Shown: positions 32,736 through 43,076, counted from the first letter of the stretch. The stretch is 64,000 nucleotides of DNA from a virus (IMGVR_UViG_3300046501_000132:32001-96000), one strand, 5' to 3'. Notes: a model not told the origin generated them from the letters alone. Program-made: numbers and translations.

Positions 32736-33014
32736 ATGAACCCTACTGAGAAAGCTATGAACCGCGAAACCCGCAAGGTCATGAAGGAACTGAAACAACG
32801 CCTGACCGATTTCTTCTTCATCTACTATGATCATAAGACTTCGCGTCACATATACAACCATCCTGAGAACGCAGTTCCGATGATTCGTGAAGCTATCTCT
32901 ACCGGAATCACCTCAAGGTCGCGTCTAGCCATCTACGGCACTGCTCTACGCGATTCTCTGGAGTACCAGCGCCTACTCCTGGAGGAAAACCAGCGGAAGG
33001 CTCTAGTGAGCTAA
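32736..33014 (+). CDS. Hypothetical protein
   Basis: 92-aa ORF upstream of uvsW. Confidence 0.6.
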   Translation: MNPTEKAMNRETRKVMKELKQRLTDFFFIYYDHKTSRHIYNHPENAVPMIREAISTGITSRSRLAIYGTALRDSLEYQRLLLEENQRKALVS

Positions 33015-33052
33015 AAAGCGCATCTGCGCTCAACATATAATAAGGATAAGAA

Positions 33053-34567
33053 ATGACGGACATCGTTATCGAGCGTGCAAATGCTGCATTCATCAGAATC
33101 TACACGGAAGACAACGGCATCCGTCAGGATATTGATGATCACTTTTCTTACATGGAGCCGGGATTCGTTAAAAATCGCTGGACGAAGTGGAACGGTCAGG
33201 TAAGATTATTCAAGAGACGAGGTAACACCCTACCATATGGGTGCTTGTCGATGCTCTTGGAACTTGCGAAAGAACGAGGATGGAAGTTTGAGTTGGATAC
33301 TGCTTTCCGGAACGACATCACTAATGTCACCAGAGAACAGTTGGCCGATTGGGTGAATACTCTAGACCTACATACTGGTGGAATGTCCATTGATCCATAT
33401 CACTACCAGATGGATGCGTTGTATGAGGGAATTAAGTATAGTCGGCGCGTGATTCTTGCAGCTACCTCTGCTGGTAAGTCGTTGATCGCTTATATGCTGA
33501 CTCGGTACTACGAAATGATTAGCAATGAGGACGGAAAGAAGATTCTGATCTTGGTTCCATCACAGATGCTGGTTGATCAGATGTACGCGGACTTCCAGGA
33601 CTATTCAAGCCACAACGGATGGAAGGTTCACGAGAACGTTCACACCATTATGGAAGGTCGTCCGAAGAATGCTAATAAGATGGTCTACATCTCAACTTGG
33701 CAGTCGATCTTTGAAGAGGATGAAGAATACTTCAAGCAGTTCGGACGGATCATCAACGATGAAACCCACCTAGCCAGCGGGAAGTCGATCACCACTATCA
33801 TGAACCACGCCACCAACGCATATCAGCGTGTGGGTATGACTGGTACTCTGAAGGCCGAAAAGATCCACCCAATTTTGGTGATGAGCCTGTTTGGTCCCAT
33901 CAAGAGAGTGGTCACGACGAAACAGTTGATTGATGGCGGGCAGGCCACTGAGGTCGATATTAAGATGTTCCAGTTGGATTATCCGTCTGAGGAACGTCAG
34001 TATGTTGCCAAGTGTAATTACCAGAAGGAAATTGAATTCCTTGTTGCACACGAATATCGTAATCGCATTCTGGCCAATCTGGCTGCATCGGTAAAGGGTA
34101 ACACTCTAGTTATGTTTGATCGACTAGAGCATATTGAACACGTAAGGAGATTACTAGAAAAGATTGATCACGGTAAATCAGTCTACGTGATCACCGGTGA
34201 TGTTAACAAGGATGAGCGCGGAGCCATTAAGGCTATCGCTGAGCGGGAAGATGGTGTAATCGTGCTAGGCACGTCAGGATGCGTTTCGACGGGCCTATCC
34301 ATTAAGAAGCTACGAAACCTGATCTTCGCTCATCCTAGCAAGTCTATCATTAAGATTCTACAGGCTGTTGGTCGTATCCTCCGTCTGCATAACGAAAAGG
34401 GCGATGCTCACGTGTATGATCTTATTGATAACTTGTCATACGATGATAAACCAAACTATGCGCTGAAACACGCGATGGAGCGTTGGGGTATCTATAAGGA
34501 AAGTGAGTTCCCAGTTTCATTCAAGAAGATTGAAATGAAGTCTCACGCCTCGTTATTCAAGGATTAA
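33053..34567 (+). CDS. uvsW: UvsW helicase
   Basis: ATSAGKSLI, STWQS, DETH, GMTGT, LQAVGRILR. Confidence 0.96.
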   Translation: MTDIVIERANAAFIRIYTEDNGIRQDIDDHFSYMEPGFVKNRWTKWNGQVRLFKRRGNTLPYGCLSMLLELAKERGWKFELDTAFRNDITNVTREQLADWVNTLDLHTGGMSIDPYHYQMDALYEGIKYSRRVILAATSAGKSLIAYMLTRYYEMISNEDGKKILILVPSQMLVDQMYADFQDYSSHNGWKVHENVHTIMEGRPKNANKMVYISTWQSIFEEDEEYFKQFGRIINDETHLASGKSITTIMNHATNAYQRVGMTGTLKAEKIHPILVMSLFGPIKRVVTTKQLIDGGQATEVDIKMFQLDYPSEERQYVAKCNYQKEIEFLVAHEYRNRILANLAASVKGNTLVMFDRLEHIEHVRRLLEKIDHGKSVYVITGDVNKDERGAIKAIAEREDGVIVLGTSGCVSTGLSIKKLRNLIFAHPSKSIIKILQAVGRILRLHNEKGDAHVYDLIDNLSYDDKPNYALKHAMERWGIYKESEFPVSFKKIEMKSHASLFKD

Positions 34568-34568
34568 G

Positions 34569-34787
34569 ATGATTGAAGTTGAAGTGAAGGTAATAGGTCC
34601 GGGCGGTTGTGTCAACTTTCCGTATGAGCTCATTATGCGAGCACTACAGGCGGTTAATGCAGACGTGGAATATGTCAACGAGTATTACAAACCCAACATC
34701 TTCAGTCCCAACGAAGTGAAGACGGAAGACCTGTTGAAGAACTATAAGATCAAACTTGTAGCAGATCACCGCCCTTGGGGCGGATAA
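34569..34787 (+). CDS. Hypothetical protein
   Basis: AAGGA RBS; directly after uvsW. Confidence 0.65.
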   Translation: MIEVEVKVIGPGGCVNFPYELIMRALQAVNADVEYVNEYYKPNIFSPNEVKTEDLLKNYKIKLVADHRPWGG

Positions 34788-34789
34788 GC

Positions 34790-34828
34790 AAAAAGCCCTC
34801 AGGATTTCTCCTGAGGGCTTTTCTTTTG
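34790..34828. terminator. Bidirectional terminator
   Basis: AAAAGCCCTCAGG...CCTGAGGGCTTTT between convergent genes. Confidence 0.85.
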
Positions 34829-34839
34829 ATAATATAGAA

Positions 34840-35025
34840 TCACATACCACCGAGTTGTTCAATATTACTCTTCTGCTTCTTGAGACGCTCTGCTTGCTCG
34901 TCTAGGTCGCGCTGGATGAAGAGTAGTTTGATGTCTAACTGCCAAGGGGTCATATTCATAATCTCGGCCAGGCTCATCTGGTGGTCGCGAACTAGCACGT
35001 GTTGTACCTCCAGTCGGTCAATCAC
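34840..35025 (-). CDS. Baseplate hub assembly protein gp51-like
   Basis: HQMSLAEIMNMTPWQLDI; follows gp26. Confidence 0.75.
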   Translation of the reverse strand: MIDRLEVQHVLVRDHQMSLAEIMNMTPWQLDIKLLFIQRDLDEQAERLKKQKSNIEQLGGM

Positions 35026-35039
35026 AGTGCCGCCAATGA

Positions 35040-35771
35040 TTATTGAAAAACCTCTTGAACAGAGTTAAATTCAATCTCGTGTATAGTTCCACACTTGGGA
35101 CAAGTCACGGTCTGTGAGTAGAATAGATGAGGCATACCTGTGAAGAACTTATCATATACGTCCTTCTTTTGCATCAACGTAAGCTGATCCCAGAATTCCT
35201 TCAATTGATCTCTCGTATAATCGTCTGATGAGTAAACATTCTCCGCATCGAAGATGGTGTCAATGCAGCTGATAATCGTTTCGATTTCATTTGTAGTGTC
35301 CGTATCAGCAGCCTCAAATAGCGCGATAGAAGGATAGCGGAACTTAATACCAATAGGATCGGCAATAATGATCGTATTAGTATGTCCTTCCTCTTCAACA
35401 ATCTTAAACTCTCGTAGGTCGATCTGAATAGGGATCGTCTGTCCGCACTTTTTCTCATCTTCATCATTTACGGTTTGACATAGATAAGTCTGGTCAATAA
35501 GTTCGCCAATCGAATTTTGACGCAAGCGTAGGAAAATTTCTTCCACAAGGAACAGCGGGAGGGTTTCCACATCTAGACCAGGAGTTTGATTACAGGCTTG
35601 AACTACCTGCTTAATTGCTTGCATCTTTTCTCGGTCGTCTTCCGCATCCTTAACTTGAATCAAGATGTCTTCCAGACCTACAGTGAACGGCGTGAGCGTG
35701 ATCTTTCCTTTTGGAAGAAATTTGCTTTTTACATCAAATGTCTTCTTAGGGATGATTGGTAGAGCGTTCAT
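35040..35771 (-). CDS. gp26: Baseplate hub subunit gp26
   Basis: ALPII, PFTV, IFLRLRQNSIGE, IKFRYPS, CPKCG. Confidence 0.9.
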   Translation of the reverse strand: MNALPIIPKKTFDVKSKFLPKGKITLTPFTVGLEDILIQVKDAEDDREKMQAIKQVVQACNQTPGLDVETLPLFLVEEIFLRLRQNSIGELIDQTYLCQTVNDEDEKKCGQTIPIQIDLREFKIVEEEGHTNTIIIADPIGIKFRYPSIALFEAADTDTTNEIETIISCIDTIFDAENVYSSDDYTRDQLKEFWDQLTLMQKKDVYDKFFTGMPHLFYSQTVTCPKCGTIHEIEFNSVQEVFQ

Positions 35772-35815
35772 TAGAGTTTCTCATAGTGTTGTATATGAAT
35801 AATTTAGCCTTTCAG

Positions 35816-35898
35816 TTTACCGATCTCATAGGACGAGCTATACTAGAAAACGTTATCGAACACCAGGAAGTGCTTTTGCCTAGTATGGGGTCTAAATA
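35816..35898 (+). promoter_or_regulatory. Early-type (TTTACC-N17-TATACT) plus late (CTAAATA, 35892) promoters for the nrd operon
   Basis: Both motifs upstream of nrdB. Confidence 0.6.
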
Positions 35899-35943
35899 CT
35901 AGGCTAACAGCATTTCCAAAAACGTTTCAAGGTATGGTATGAA

Positions 35944-36951
35944 ATGATTATCACGAACACTCCAAAAATTAAAACTCCAACGGAGTCGTACACTAATAAG
36001 GATTACCCAGAGGCATTAGACTTTGCGGAAAAACAGAATAGTGTTTTCTGGCTCCATGGTGAAGTAAAAGTTGAGAAAGACAAGCAGGACTTGCTTGTAA
36101 ATGTGACCCCCTCTGAAAAGCATGGGGTCACAACTGTTTCTAAGTTGTTTACCCGTTACGAACTATTCATTGGTGAAGAGTATTGGGGCGAGATTGTAGC
36201 GAAGCGTTACCCGCGTCCTGAGATTGTCCGGATGGCTAATGCGTTTTCGTTCTTTGAACTTAACGTTCATGCTCCGTTTTACGCCAAGCTGAATGAAGAA
36301 CTCGGTATTGCAACTGACGAATTCTACACATCTTATGCGAATGACCCGGTCCTAGCTGACCGTATGGCCTTTATTGATGAGATGCTAAATAGCGACGACG
36401 AATTGTTGTCTCTTGCTGCATTCTCAATGATTGAAGGTGCTGTTCTTTATTCATCGTTTGCGTTTCTCAAGCATTTCCAGAGCAACGGTAAGAACAAGAT
36501 GATGAACCTGGTTCGCGGGATTAACTTCTCAGTCCGCGACGAAAACCTGCACGCTATGGCTGGAGCCTGGCTCTTCAAGAAGGTACTTGAGGAACTTGGA
36601 CTGACTACTCCACAGAAACATAAGCTATTTGAGAAAATTAAGAAGGTTGCTCAGCGAGTATATGAGCACGAATGTCGTATTGTAGACATGATCTTCGAAA
36701 AGGGCGAGATTCCCGGTATTAATGCGGAGGACTTGAAGGCATTCGTCCGTAGTCGCATTAATATCTGCCTGAGCAACCTAGGTGTGGATACGATCTTCAC
36801 TCTGGCTGAAACTCAAAATACGATTGACGCGTGGTTCTACCGCAGCATCAACAATTTCCAGTTCAATGACTTCTTCAGCGGTATGGGGAATCAATACAAT
36901 CGTAATTGGGAGAAAACTGGTTTTATCTGGCGTGGGAAGGATAAGAAATGA
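35944..36951 (+). CDS. nrdB: Ribonucleotide reductase class I beta subunit
   Basis: ELNVHAPFY, EGAVLYSSF, RDENLH, DFF. Confidence 0.93.
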   Translation: MIITNTPKIKTPTESYTNKDYPEALDFAEKQNSVFWLHGEVKVEKDKQDLLVNVTPSEKHGVTTVSKLFTRYELFIGEEYWGEIVAKRYPRPEIVRMANAFSFFELNVHAPFYAKLNEELGIATDEFYTSYANDPVLADRMAFIDEMLNSDDELLSLAAFSMIEGAVLYSSFAFLKHFQSNGKNKMMNLVRGINFSVRDENLHAMAGAWLFKKVLEELGLTTPQKHKLFEKIKKVAQRVYEHECRIVDMIFEKGEIPGINAEDLKAFVRSRINICLSNLGVDTIFTLAETQNTIDAWFYRSINNFQFNDFFSGMGNQYNRNWEKTGFIWRGKDKK

Positions 36952-37106
36952 TTTCTAATAGGGTTGAGGCATCGGCCCTATACTCCGATACCAAATATAT
37001 CAGATGGTATCGGAGTATCTGCGAAAGGTATGATGTTTCAGGACAGAAAGGGTCGCATAGACATCTAGGTCATAGTGATAAATGTAGAGAATTTTATGGC
37101 AAGTAA
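36948..37106 (+). pseudogene. Probable internally deleted HNH homing endonuclease remnant (52 aa)
   Basis: TKYIRWYRSICER...HRH...HSDKCR; overlaps nrdB stop and nrdA start. Confidence 0.5.
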
Positions 37107-38796
37107 ACAACTTTCAAAATATGAAGAACTTTCTCAGCTTCGCAAAAAGATGCAAGCTGAAGGTGTTCTACCTGAGTGGTATACAACCGGCGGCCTTCAA
37201 ATGTTTTTGGACCGCTATCAATATGATGCAGCTACGCCTCGTGATCAATATGTGCGTATCGCTCGGACGGCTGCTCAACATACTAATAACCCAGCTCTTT
37301 GGAAAGAACGATTCTTTGAGCTATTGTGGAAAGGCTGGTTGAGTCCTTCGACTCCTGTTCTTGCTAACATGGGTACGAATCGCGGCATGCCGGTTAGTTG
37401 CTCGGGACAAAAGGTAGATGACTCTATCTACGGATTCAAGGCCGCTGAGCTGGAAACATGTGTTCTGACTCAAGAAGGTTTCGGCACATCCGGTTACCTT
37501 GGGGATATTCGTCCTCGCGGTTCAAAAATTTCTCGTGGAGGTAAGGCAAGTGGCATTCTTCCGGTCTATAAAGATTTCGTTCAATCGATGCGTGATGTGG
37601 CACAGGGAACTGCCCGTCGCGGCGCTTGGGCTGGATACCTTGAGCCGACCCATGGAGATTTTTATGAACTCATCGAGTTTATCAAGAATAACCCTGATGA
37701 TGCTAATATCGGCTGGTGTATTACTGATGACTTCATTGAAGGTCTCGATAGACAAGACGCAGACTACATCGACCGATATCAGACAATGATGTTGGTCAAG
37801 ATGATCACCGGGAAGGGATATTTCTTCTTCAATGATAAGGTGAATCGTCTTCGTCCTCCTGCCTACGTAAAGCACGATCTGTACGTCAAGGCAAGTAACC
37901 TGTGTTCTGAGATCGCGCTGTTCAGCGACGCGAATCACACCTTCACATGCGTATTGTCTTCGATGAACGCAGCGAAGTTTGATGAATGGAAGGATACTGA
38001 AGCAGCTTACTGGGCAACTGTGTTCCTGGATTGCGTCTGCTCCGAGTTTCTGGAGAAGGCTCGCACCATCCGTGGTCTGGAAAACGCTGTTCGCTTCACT
38101 GAGAAGGGACGTGCTCTGGGACTAGGCGTTGCCGGGTTCCACACGTATCTGCAATCCCATTCGATGCCGTTCGATAGTTTCGAAGCGATGCAGTTCAACG
38201 ATCAACTGTTCAGCCACATCCGTGGACAAGCAGATCGTGCGACTCGTGACCTAGCGATTGAATATGGTGAACCGGAATGGTGCGTTGGGCTGGGAGTTCG
38301 TAACACCCACCTGATGGCGATTGCTCCGACAAAGTCTACTGCTCTGATCATGGGCGGTATCTCTGAAGGTATCAATCCTGATCCGGCGATGACCTTCACG
38401 CAGATGACTGCTGCCGGTGAGGTTGATCGTGCGAATCCGATTCTTTTGGAGATCATGAAGTCTCGCGGCGTATACGACGACGCTCATATGCAACAACTGA
38501 CCGACTCGCAAGGCTCGGTACAGATGGTTGACTGGCTGACAGATCACGAAAAGGAAGTGTTCCGCAATGCCTTTGAGATCAACCAGAAGGCGATCATTCT
38601 GATGGCATCGGCTCGTCAGATGTATATTGACCAGAGCCAGTCGGTGAATCTGTTCTTCGATGCTAATGAGCTTGAAGCGTATATCTCTGAAATCCATGAG
38701 ATGGCCTTCAACGACCCGTTCATCTGCTCGCTATACTACAATTATTCTAAGGCTGGTATTACCGCTGCTAAAGGGGAATGCGAAAGTTGCATGTGA
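37096..38796 (+). CDS. nrdA: Ribonucleotide reductase class I alpha subunit (short, no ATP cone evident)
   Basis: SPSTPVLAN, SNLCSEI, AIAPTKS, DQSQSVNLF, terminal CESC. Confidence 0.95.
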   Translation: MASKQLSKYEELSQLRKKMQAEGVLPEWYTTGGLQMFLDRYQYDAATPRDQYVRIARTAAQHTNNPALWKERFFELLWKGWLSPSTPVLANMGTNRGMPVSCSGQKVDDSIYGFKAAELETCVLTQEGFGTSGYLGDIRPRGSKISRGGKASGILPVYKDFVQSMRDVAQGTARRGAWAGYLEPTHGDFYELIEFIKNNPDDANIGWCITDDFIEGLDRQDADYIDRYQTMMLVKMITGKGYFFFNDKVNRLRPPAYVKHDLYVKASNLCSEIALFSDANHTFTCVLSSMNAAKFDEWKDTEAAYWATVFLDCVCSEFLEKARTIRGLENAVRFTEKGRALGLGVAGFHTYLQSHSMPFDSFEAMQFNDQLFSHIRGQADRATRDLAIEYGEPEWCVGLGVRNTHLMAIAPTKSTALIMGGISEGINPDPAMTFTQMTAAGEVDRANPILLEIMKSRGVYDDAHMQQLTDSQGSVQMVDWLTDHEKEVFRNAFEINQKAIILMASARQMYIDQSQSVNLFFDANELEAYISEIHEMAFNDPFICSLYYNYSKAGITAAKGECESCM

Positions 38797-38942
38797 GATA
38801 AATGGGAGGCAATAGCCTCCCATTATCAATCTGATGGTCGATAGTATTTAACGTGACGCCCGTGAGTAACCGCGCCTGCATGTAAACTAAATCATAGTAT
38901 ACGGGGTTAGCAACCGCTAACCCCTAATTAACTGAATAAGTA

Positions 38943-39365
38943 ATGAGTGATATTTCGATTCTGGACGCTAAGGTCCAACAACTGAAGGATGCTTTCCATA
39001 GTATTGACCCGAACCAAGATTTGGTGGTTGATGATAATGGTAATGGCGGCAAGCTGGTATATGGTCCATTTCCTTCGTTCATCGTATTGGTTGAGGAAGT
39101 GGGTCCGCTACGAGCACTGGTTCATGTAAATGCTGATGCTCCAAATATGGTGTTGTGTTTCCAGAAGTTCTTCAAAGAACTTGATATTGAATTTGACGGT
39201 CCCTTCGCTGTTGACAGCGACACCGGTGAATTGATTCAAGGTCAGGAAGCGTATGCGAAAAAGGAAGAAAATATTTTGATGTTTGCGGCTGATATCATCC
39301 AACGTCGTAAGGCATCAGAGCAGCAAGGTATAGTCGTGCCGGATAAAAAGATCATTCTTGCTTAA
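38943..39365 (+). CDS. Hypothetical protein
   Basis: 140-aa ORF in operon context. Confidence 0.7.
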   Translation: MSDISILDAKVQQLKDAFHSIDPNQDLVVDDNGNGGKLVYGPFPSFIVLVEEVGPLRALVHVNADAPNMVLCFQKFFKELDIEFDGPFAVDSDTGELIQGQEAYAKKEENILMFAADIIQRRKASEQQGIVVPDKKIILA

Positions 39366-39374
39366 AGGAAACCT

Positions 39375-39620
39375 ATGCTAACCCTATATTCGAAAGATAA
39401 TTGCCCCCAGTGCCTACAACTAGAAAGCCTGCTGAAAGTTAAGGGCAAGACCTTTGAGGTCAAGAAGCTGGACAAAGACTATACCCGCGAAGACCTAGAC
39501 GCTGTTTTTGAACAGGCCGGTCTACCAGTCCCTCGATCATTCCCCATGCTGTTCAATGGATCGACCTTTGTTGGTACTTTGAATGAAGCTAAAATGGCGA
39601 TTGCTACCGGCAAGCTATGA
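39375..39620 (+). CDS. Glutaredoxin
   Basis: YSKDNCPQC, RSFP. Confidence 0.9.
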   Translation: MLTLYSKDNCPQCLQLESLLKVKGKTFEVKKLDKDYTREDLDAVFEQAGLPVPRSFPMLFNGSTFVGTLNEAKMAIATGKL

Positions 39621-39769
39621 GTCTATTAAAATACAAGATGACCTGCGAGAGCGAAGATTGTGGTAAGTCCGTGATCATTCTCGTGGATCCGGAGGAAGAC
39701 AAAGCCCCGAATATCTGTCCGTTCTGTGGATCGGAGTCGTCAGAGAATCCAACTAAGTCGGAGGAATAA
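39617..39769 (+). CDS. 50-aa zinc-ribbon protein
   Basis: CESEDC...CPFCG; ATGA overlap with glutaredoxin. Confidence 0.7.
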   Translation: MSLLKYKMTCESEDCGKSVIILVDPEEDKAPNICPFCGSESSENPTKSEE

Positions 39770-39806
39770 TCAAGCTAAGTTCTCTATATCAACTAGAGAA
39801 CTGAAT

Positions 39807-40364
39807 ATGATTATCGCTGGAATCGACTATAGCTACACAAGCCCTGCCATCTGCGTCTATGATACGAAAAAGGAATTGATTTTTGAGAATCTATATTTCT
39901 TCAATATCAATGATAAGAAGAAACTCGCTGGACGGTATGGAAACATCGACATTGCGACCTTCCCTGAGTATAAGACTCAAGAGGAACGGTTCAGAAATAT
40001 TAGCATTTGGGCTAGTAATATCCTGAATATGTTCAAGGTTGAAGAGGCTTGTATCGAAGGATATAATTTTGGGGCTAGTTCAGGACTCGTTTTTAACATT
40101 GCTGAAAATGCGAGTCTGATTAAGCAGTATATGGACGTGAGTGGAATACCGTTTACAACGCCGACTCCATCTCAAGTCAAGAAGAATCATACAGGCAAAG
40201 GAAACGCTAAGAAAGATGTAATGGTGGATAAATTCCACGAAATCTTCCCGGTGAAGCTGCATGAGATTCTCGGTATTAAAGAAATGGCAAAGCCTATTGA
40301 TGACTTAGTGGACTCCTTCGCAGTCCTCAAGTGTCATGGCTCTTTTAGTGAGGTTAAACAATGA
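39807..40364 (+). CDS. RuvC-like Holliday junction resolvase
   Basis: IAGIDYS, IEGY, KKNHTGKGNAKK, DLVDS. Confidence 0.88.
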   Translation: MIIAGIDYSYTSPAICVYDTKKELIFENLYFFNINDKKKLAGRYGNIDIATFPEYKTQEERFRNISIWASNILNMFKVEEACIEGYNFGASSGLVFNIAENASLIKQYMDVSGIPFTTPTPSQVKKNHTGKGNAKKDVMVDKFHEIFPVKLHEILGIKEMAKPIDDLVDSFAVLKCHGSFSEVKQ

Positions 40365-40870
40365 GTGGATCGTCTTCAGCATTTCTGAATGGCTATCTGA
40401 GTGATAGAGAGGCAGCTTTGGTTAAGAAGCGTGACTTGGACCTAAGCGAACTGATTGAGCTTTGTGCTCAGCCGGCAAGCATTGATGATCGTGTGGCGGC
40501 AGTTAAGCGTTACAGCGCCATCTACCCTGAACTGAAGTATTTCCTGATTGTGGCGTATTTCTGTAAGGATGCTTTCAGTCAAGTCAACGAGCTGGGTCCG
40601 CTGGATTGGGCACCGTCAAGTGTTCCGAAGGGCGGAAGCGTAGAGACTCTACAGAGTATGTGGACTCAAGTTACGCGAATGTATGATACATTCCCATCTG
40701 GTCCTCGGATTAAGAGAGGTATTGCACATCAATTGCTTCCGACTCTACACGCGGATGATGCAGAACTAATCGCTCAAATTATTGCTGGTAAATACTATAG
40801 GAAGGAATTGAACGAAGTTGTTGTACAACGGGCCTTCCCGAAGGAAACCCCGCAGGACCCAAAAGCATAA
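40361..40870 (+). CDS. Hypothetical protein
   Basis: 169-aa ORF coupled to the resolvase. Confidence 0.7.
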   Translation: MSGSSSAFLNGYLSDREAALVKKRDLDLSELIELCAQPASIDDRVAAVKRYSAIYPELKYFLIVAYFCKDAFSQVNELGPLDWAPSSVPKGGSVETLQSMWTQVTRMYDTFPSGPRIKRGIAHQLLPTLHADDAELIAQIIAGKYYRKELNEVVVQRAFPKETPQDPKA

Positions 40871-41002
40871 AGCCTGCTCTGAGAACTAGACATTTCGAGT
40901 TTTGGAGAAAGGTCAAGTTGCGTCTGTTTAGGGCAGGCCGAAATAAATAATGAATTAATGAACAGGGAAACTTCGGTTTCCCTGTTTTCCATTTTACGGG
41001 TA

Positions 41003-41031
41003 TTTACTTTACATATTAAGTCGGGTATAAT
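41003..41031 (+). promoter_or_regulatory. Sigma70/early-type promoter
   Basis: TTTACT-N17-TATAAT. Confidence 0.7.
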
Positions 41032-41108
41032 ACCGTAATACTCAGCAACATTATCACCTAGGAAATACACTATAGCACCGCCCATCAATTATTACAAGGA
41101 GAATACAA

Positions 41109-41594
41109 ATGTTGGCTCAATTCAAAGCCCTAATAGTATCCATGTTCATGGCAGTTAATACGGGAATGTCCCAACCAGCCATTAACCTGGGTAGCGTAGA
41201 TGATCTGAAAGAAGTGGCTTGTCTATCTCAAGCTGTACACGGAGAAGCGGGTAATCAATCCATGCAAGGAAAGATCGCCGTGGCTCATGTGATCATCAAC
41301 CGTACAAAATCAGATAAGTTTCCCGCAGACGATGTTTGCGGAGTTGTAAAGCAAAAAGGTCAATTCGACTTCCTAAAGAAAGTTCGATGGATCAAAGAAA
41401 ACAAGCCTGAAGAGCGTAAGCAAATGGAGGAATCCATCACCGCTGCCTTTAAGGCGTTGCATGAGCCCGATCCAACCAACGGCGCTCTATATTTCGTAAA
41501 CCCACACCTCGCGGATATGAGTTGGTTGCGAGGGTTGAAGAAGACAGTGAAGATTGATGACCACGTCTTCTATAAACCGCGTCGAGACATGTGA
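41109..41594 (+). CDS. SleB-like cell wall hydrolase with signal/anchor peptide
   Basis: CLSQAVHGEAG, VAHVIINR, GQF, DPTNGALYF, IDDHVFY. Confidence 0.92.
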   Translation: MLAQFKALIVSMFMAVNTGMSQPAINLGSVDDLKEVACLSQAVHGEAGNQSMQGKIAVAHVIINRTKSDKFPADDVCGVVKQKGQFDFLKKVRWIKENKPEERKQMEESITAAFKALHEPDPTNGALYFVNPHLADMSWLRGLKKTVKIDDHVFYKPRRDM

Positions 41595-41599
41595 TTCAG

Positions 41600-41628
41600 T
41601 TTACTTCTTCATCGTATGTAAGTATAAT
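41600..41628 (+). promoter_or_regulatory. Sigma70/early-type promoter
   Basis: TTTACT-N17-TATAAT. Confidence 0.75.
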
Positions 41629-41666
41629 CTGTAACTGTAGTCGATACTTACTAACGATGGAGAAAG

Positions 41667-42599
41667 ATGTCGGAATACGGTTTTAAGAGCAAGACAATCC
41701 GTAAGGTACTGCGTACTAAGTTGTCGGATTGGATTAGTTCGATTGATGATGTTGTGCTGAAGCGCCTCCTGGCCCGCGATGTTTTGGTCACAGGAGGCTC
41801 AATTACTTCCATGTTGATGGGGGATGATATCAAGGACTTTGATGTCTACTTCAAGACGGAAGAAACTACAAAGGCGGTGGCTGAATACTACTGCAAGAAG
41901 TTCCTGGAACTGAATCCGGATTATCACGTTACCCCAGAAGTGGTTGTTGATGAAGGCCGTGTGACTATCAAGGTTAGAGGCGACGGCGTTGCTGAGGCGT
42001 TTGATGCTAAAACCACTGATGAATTCACCTACGAGAATGATTTGGGTGAAGGTGGCTCAGATAAGGTTGCTGACTATATTCTGAAGCCACAAGCGACGGA
42101 TGAGGTCAAGAAACAGAAATATCGCCCGGTATTTCTGAGCATGAATGCGATTACCCTATCGGACAAAATCCAGCTGGTGATTCGCTTCTACGGTTCTGCT
42201 GAAGAAATCCACAAGAATTACGACTTCGAACACTGCAAGAACGTCTATGAGTTCTGCGGCGATAAGCTCACGCTGAACGCCAAGGCGATGGAAAGCATCC
42301 TGAGCAAGACTCTGCATTATACGGGTTCGCTCTATCCGATTTGCAGTCTATTCCGTGTTCGCAAGTTCATTGCTCGCGGTTGGCGTATTACGGCGGGAGA
42401 AATCCTGAAGATGGCTTGGCAGGTTAATGATCTTGACCTGAATGATATGAAGGTTGTGAAAGAGCAGCTGACCGGTTGTGATCAACTCTATATGCAGATG
42501 TTGATTGCCACAATGAATAATTCTCTGAAGCTTGAGCCGGATCGTAAGATCGACTCTCTTTATATCGTTGAACTTGTTGATAAGGTGTTTAACGAATGA
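41667..42599 (+). CDS. Conserved phage protein with nucleotidyltransferase-like motif
   Basis: VTGGSITS...IKDFDVYF; NYDFEHC; RVRKFIARGW. Confidence 0.6.
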   Translation: MSEYGFKSKTIRKVLRTKLSDWISSIDDVVLKRLLARDVLVTGGSITSMLMGDDIKDFDVYFKTEETTKAVAEYYCKKFLELNPDYHVTPEVVVDEGRVTIKVRGDGVAEAFDAKTTDEFTYENDLGEGGSDKVADYILKPQATDEVKKQKYRPVFLSMNAITLSDKIQLVIRFYGSAEEIHKNYDFEHCKNVYEFCGDKLTLNAKAMESILSKTLHYTGSLYPICSLFRVRKFIARGWRITAGEILKMAWQVNDLDLNDMKVVKEQLTGCDQLYMQMLIATMNNSLKLEPDRKIDSLYIVELVDKVFNE

Positions 42600-42820
42600 A
42601 CCAAGTATGGATCATCGTCTATCCCGGTGGGGATATGACTAAGCTAACTCTTGCGCTGGCTTGGGATTATGAGTTCGACGAATATTGTCGAGCCTCCCGC
42701 AAGGAATGGAGTTACGAACAAGAGGATGAAGCCATCCGCTATGGTCGTGATCTCGCTAAGGAAAATCGTCTGGAGGCTGTGGGGAAACTCTATAGTCAAG
42801 AAGACAAGTTTTTGGATTGA
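42596..42820 (+). CDS. Hypothetical protein
   Basis: ATGA-coupled ORF. Confidence 0.6.
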   Translation: MNQVWIIVYPGGDMTKLTLALAWDYEFDEYCRASRKEWSYEQEDEAIRYGRDLAKENRLEAVGKLYSQEDKFLD

Positions 42821-42821
42821 T

Positions 42822-43076
42822 ATGCCGCTGTATGGATTTCAATGCGCAAAATGCGATCATTCTTTCAGTGATGTTTTGAAGGTTGATGATCGCAACAAAC
42901 CGCTAGATGAGCCTTGCCCTAACTGCAAGGAATCGGGAGGCGTTACCAAGACTATTGGAGCGCCTCTCATTGTTTCTGGAGTGGGTGATTTCCGGAAGAA
43001 TGTACCTGATGTTTTCAAGGATCGTTTGCGAGAGATCAAGAAGACATCAGGTAGAGGTTGTACCATCGACGTATGA
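42822..43076 (+). CDS. FmdB-like zinc-ribbon regulatory protein
   Basis: MPLYGFQCAKC...PCPNC. Confidence 0.85.
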   Translation: MPLYGFQCAKCDHSFSDVLKVDDRNKPLDEPCPNCKESGGVTKTIGAPLIVSGVGDFRKNVPDVFKDRLREIKKTSGRGCTIDV

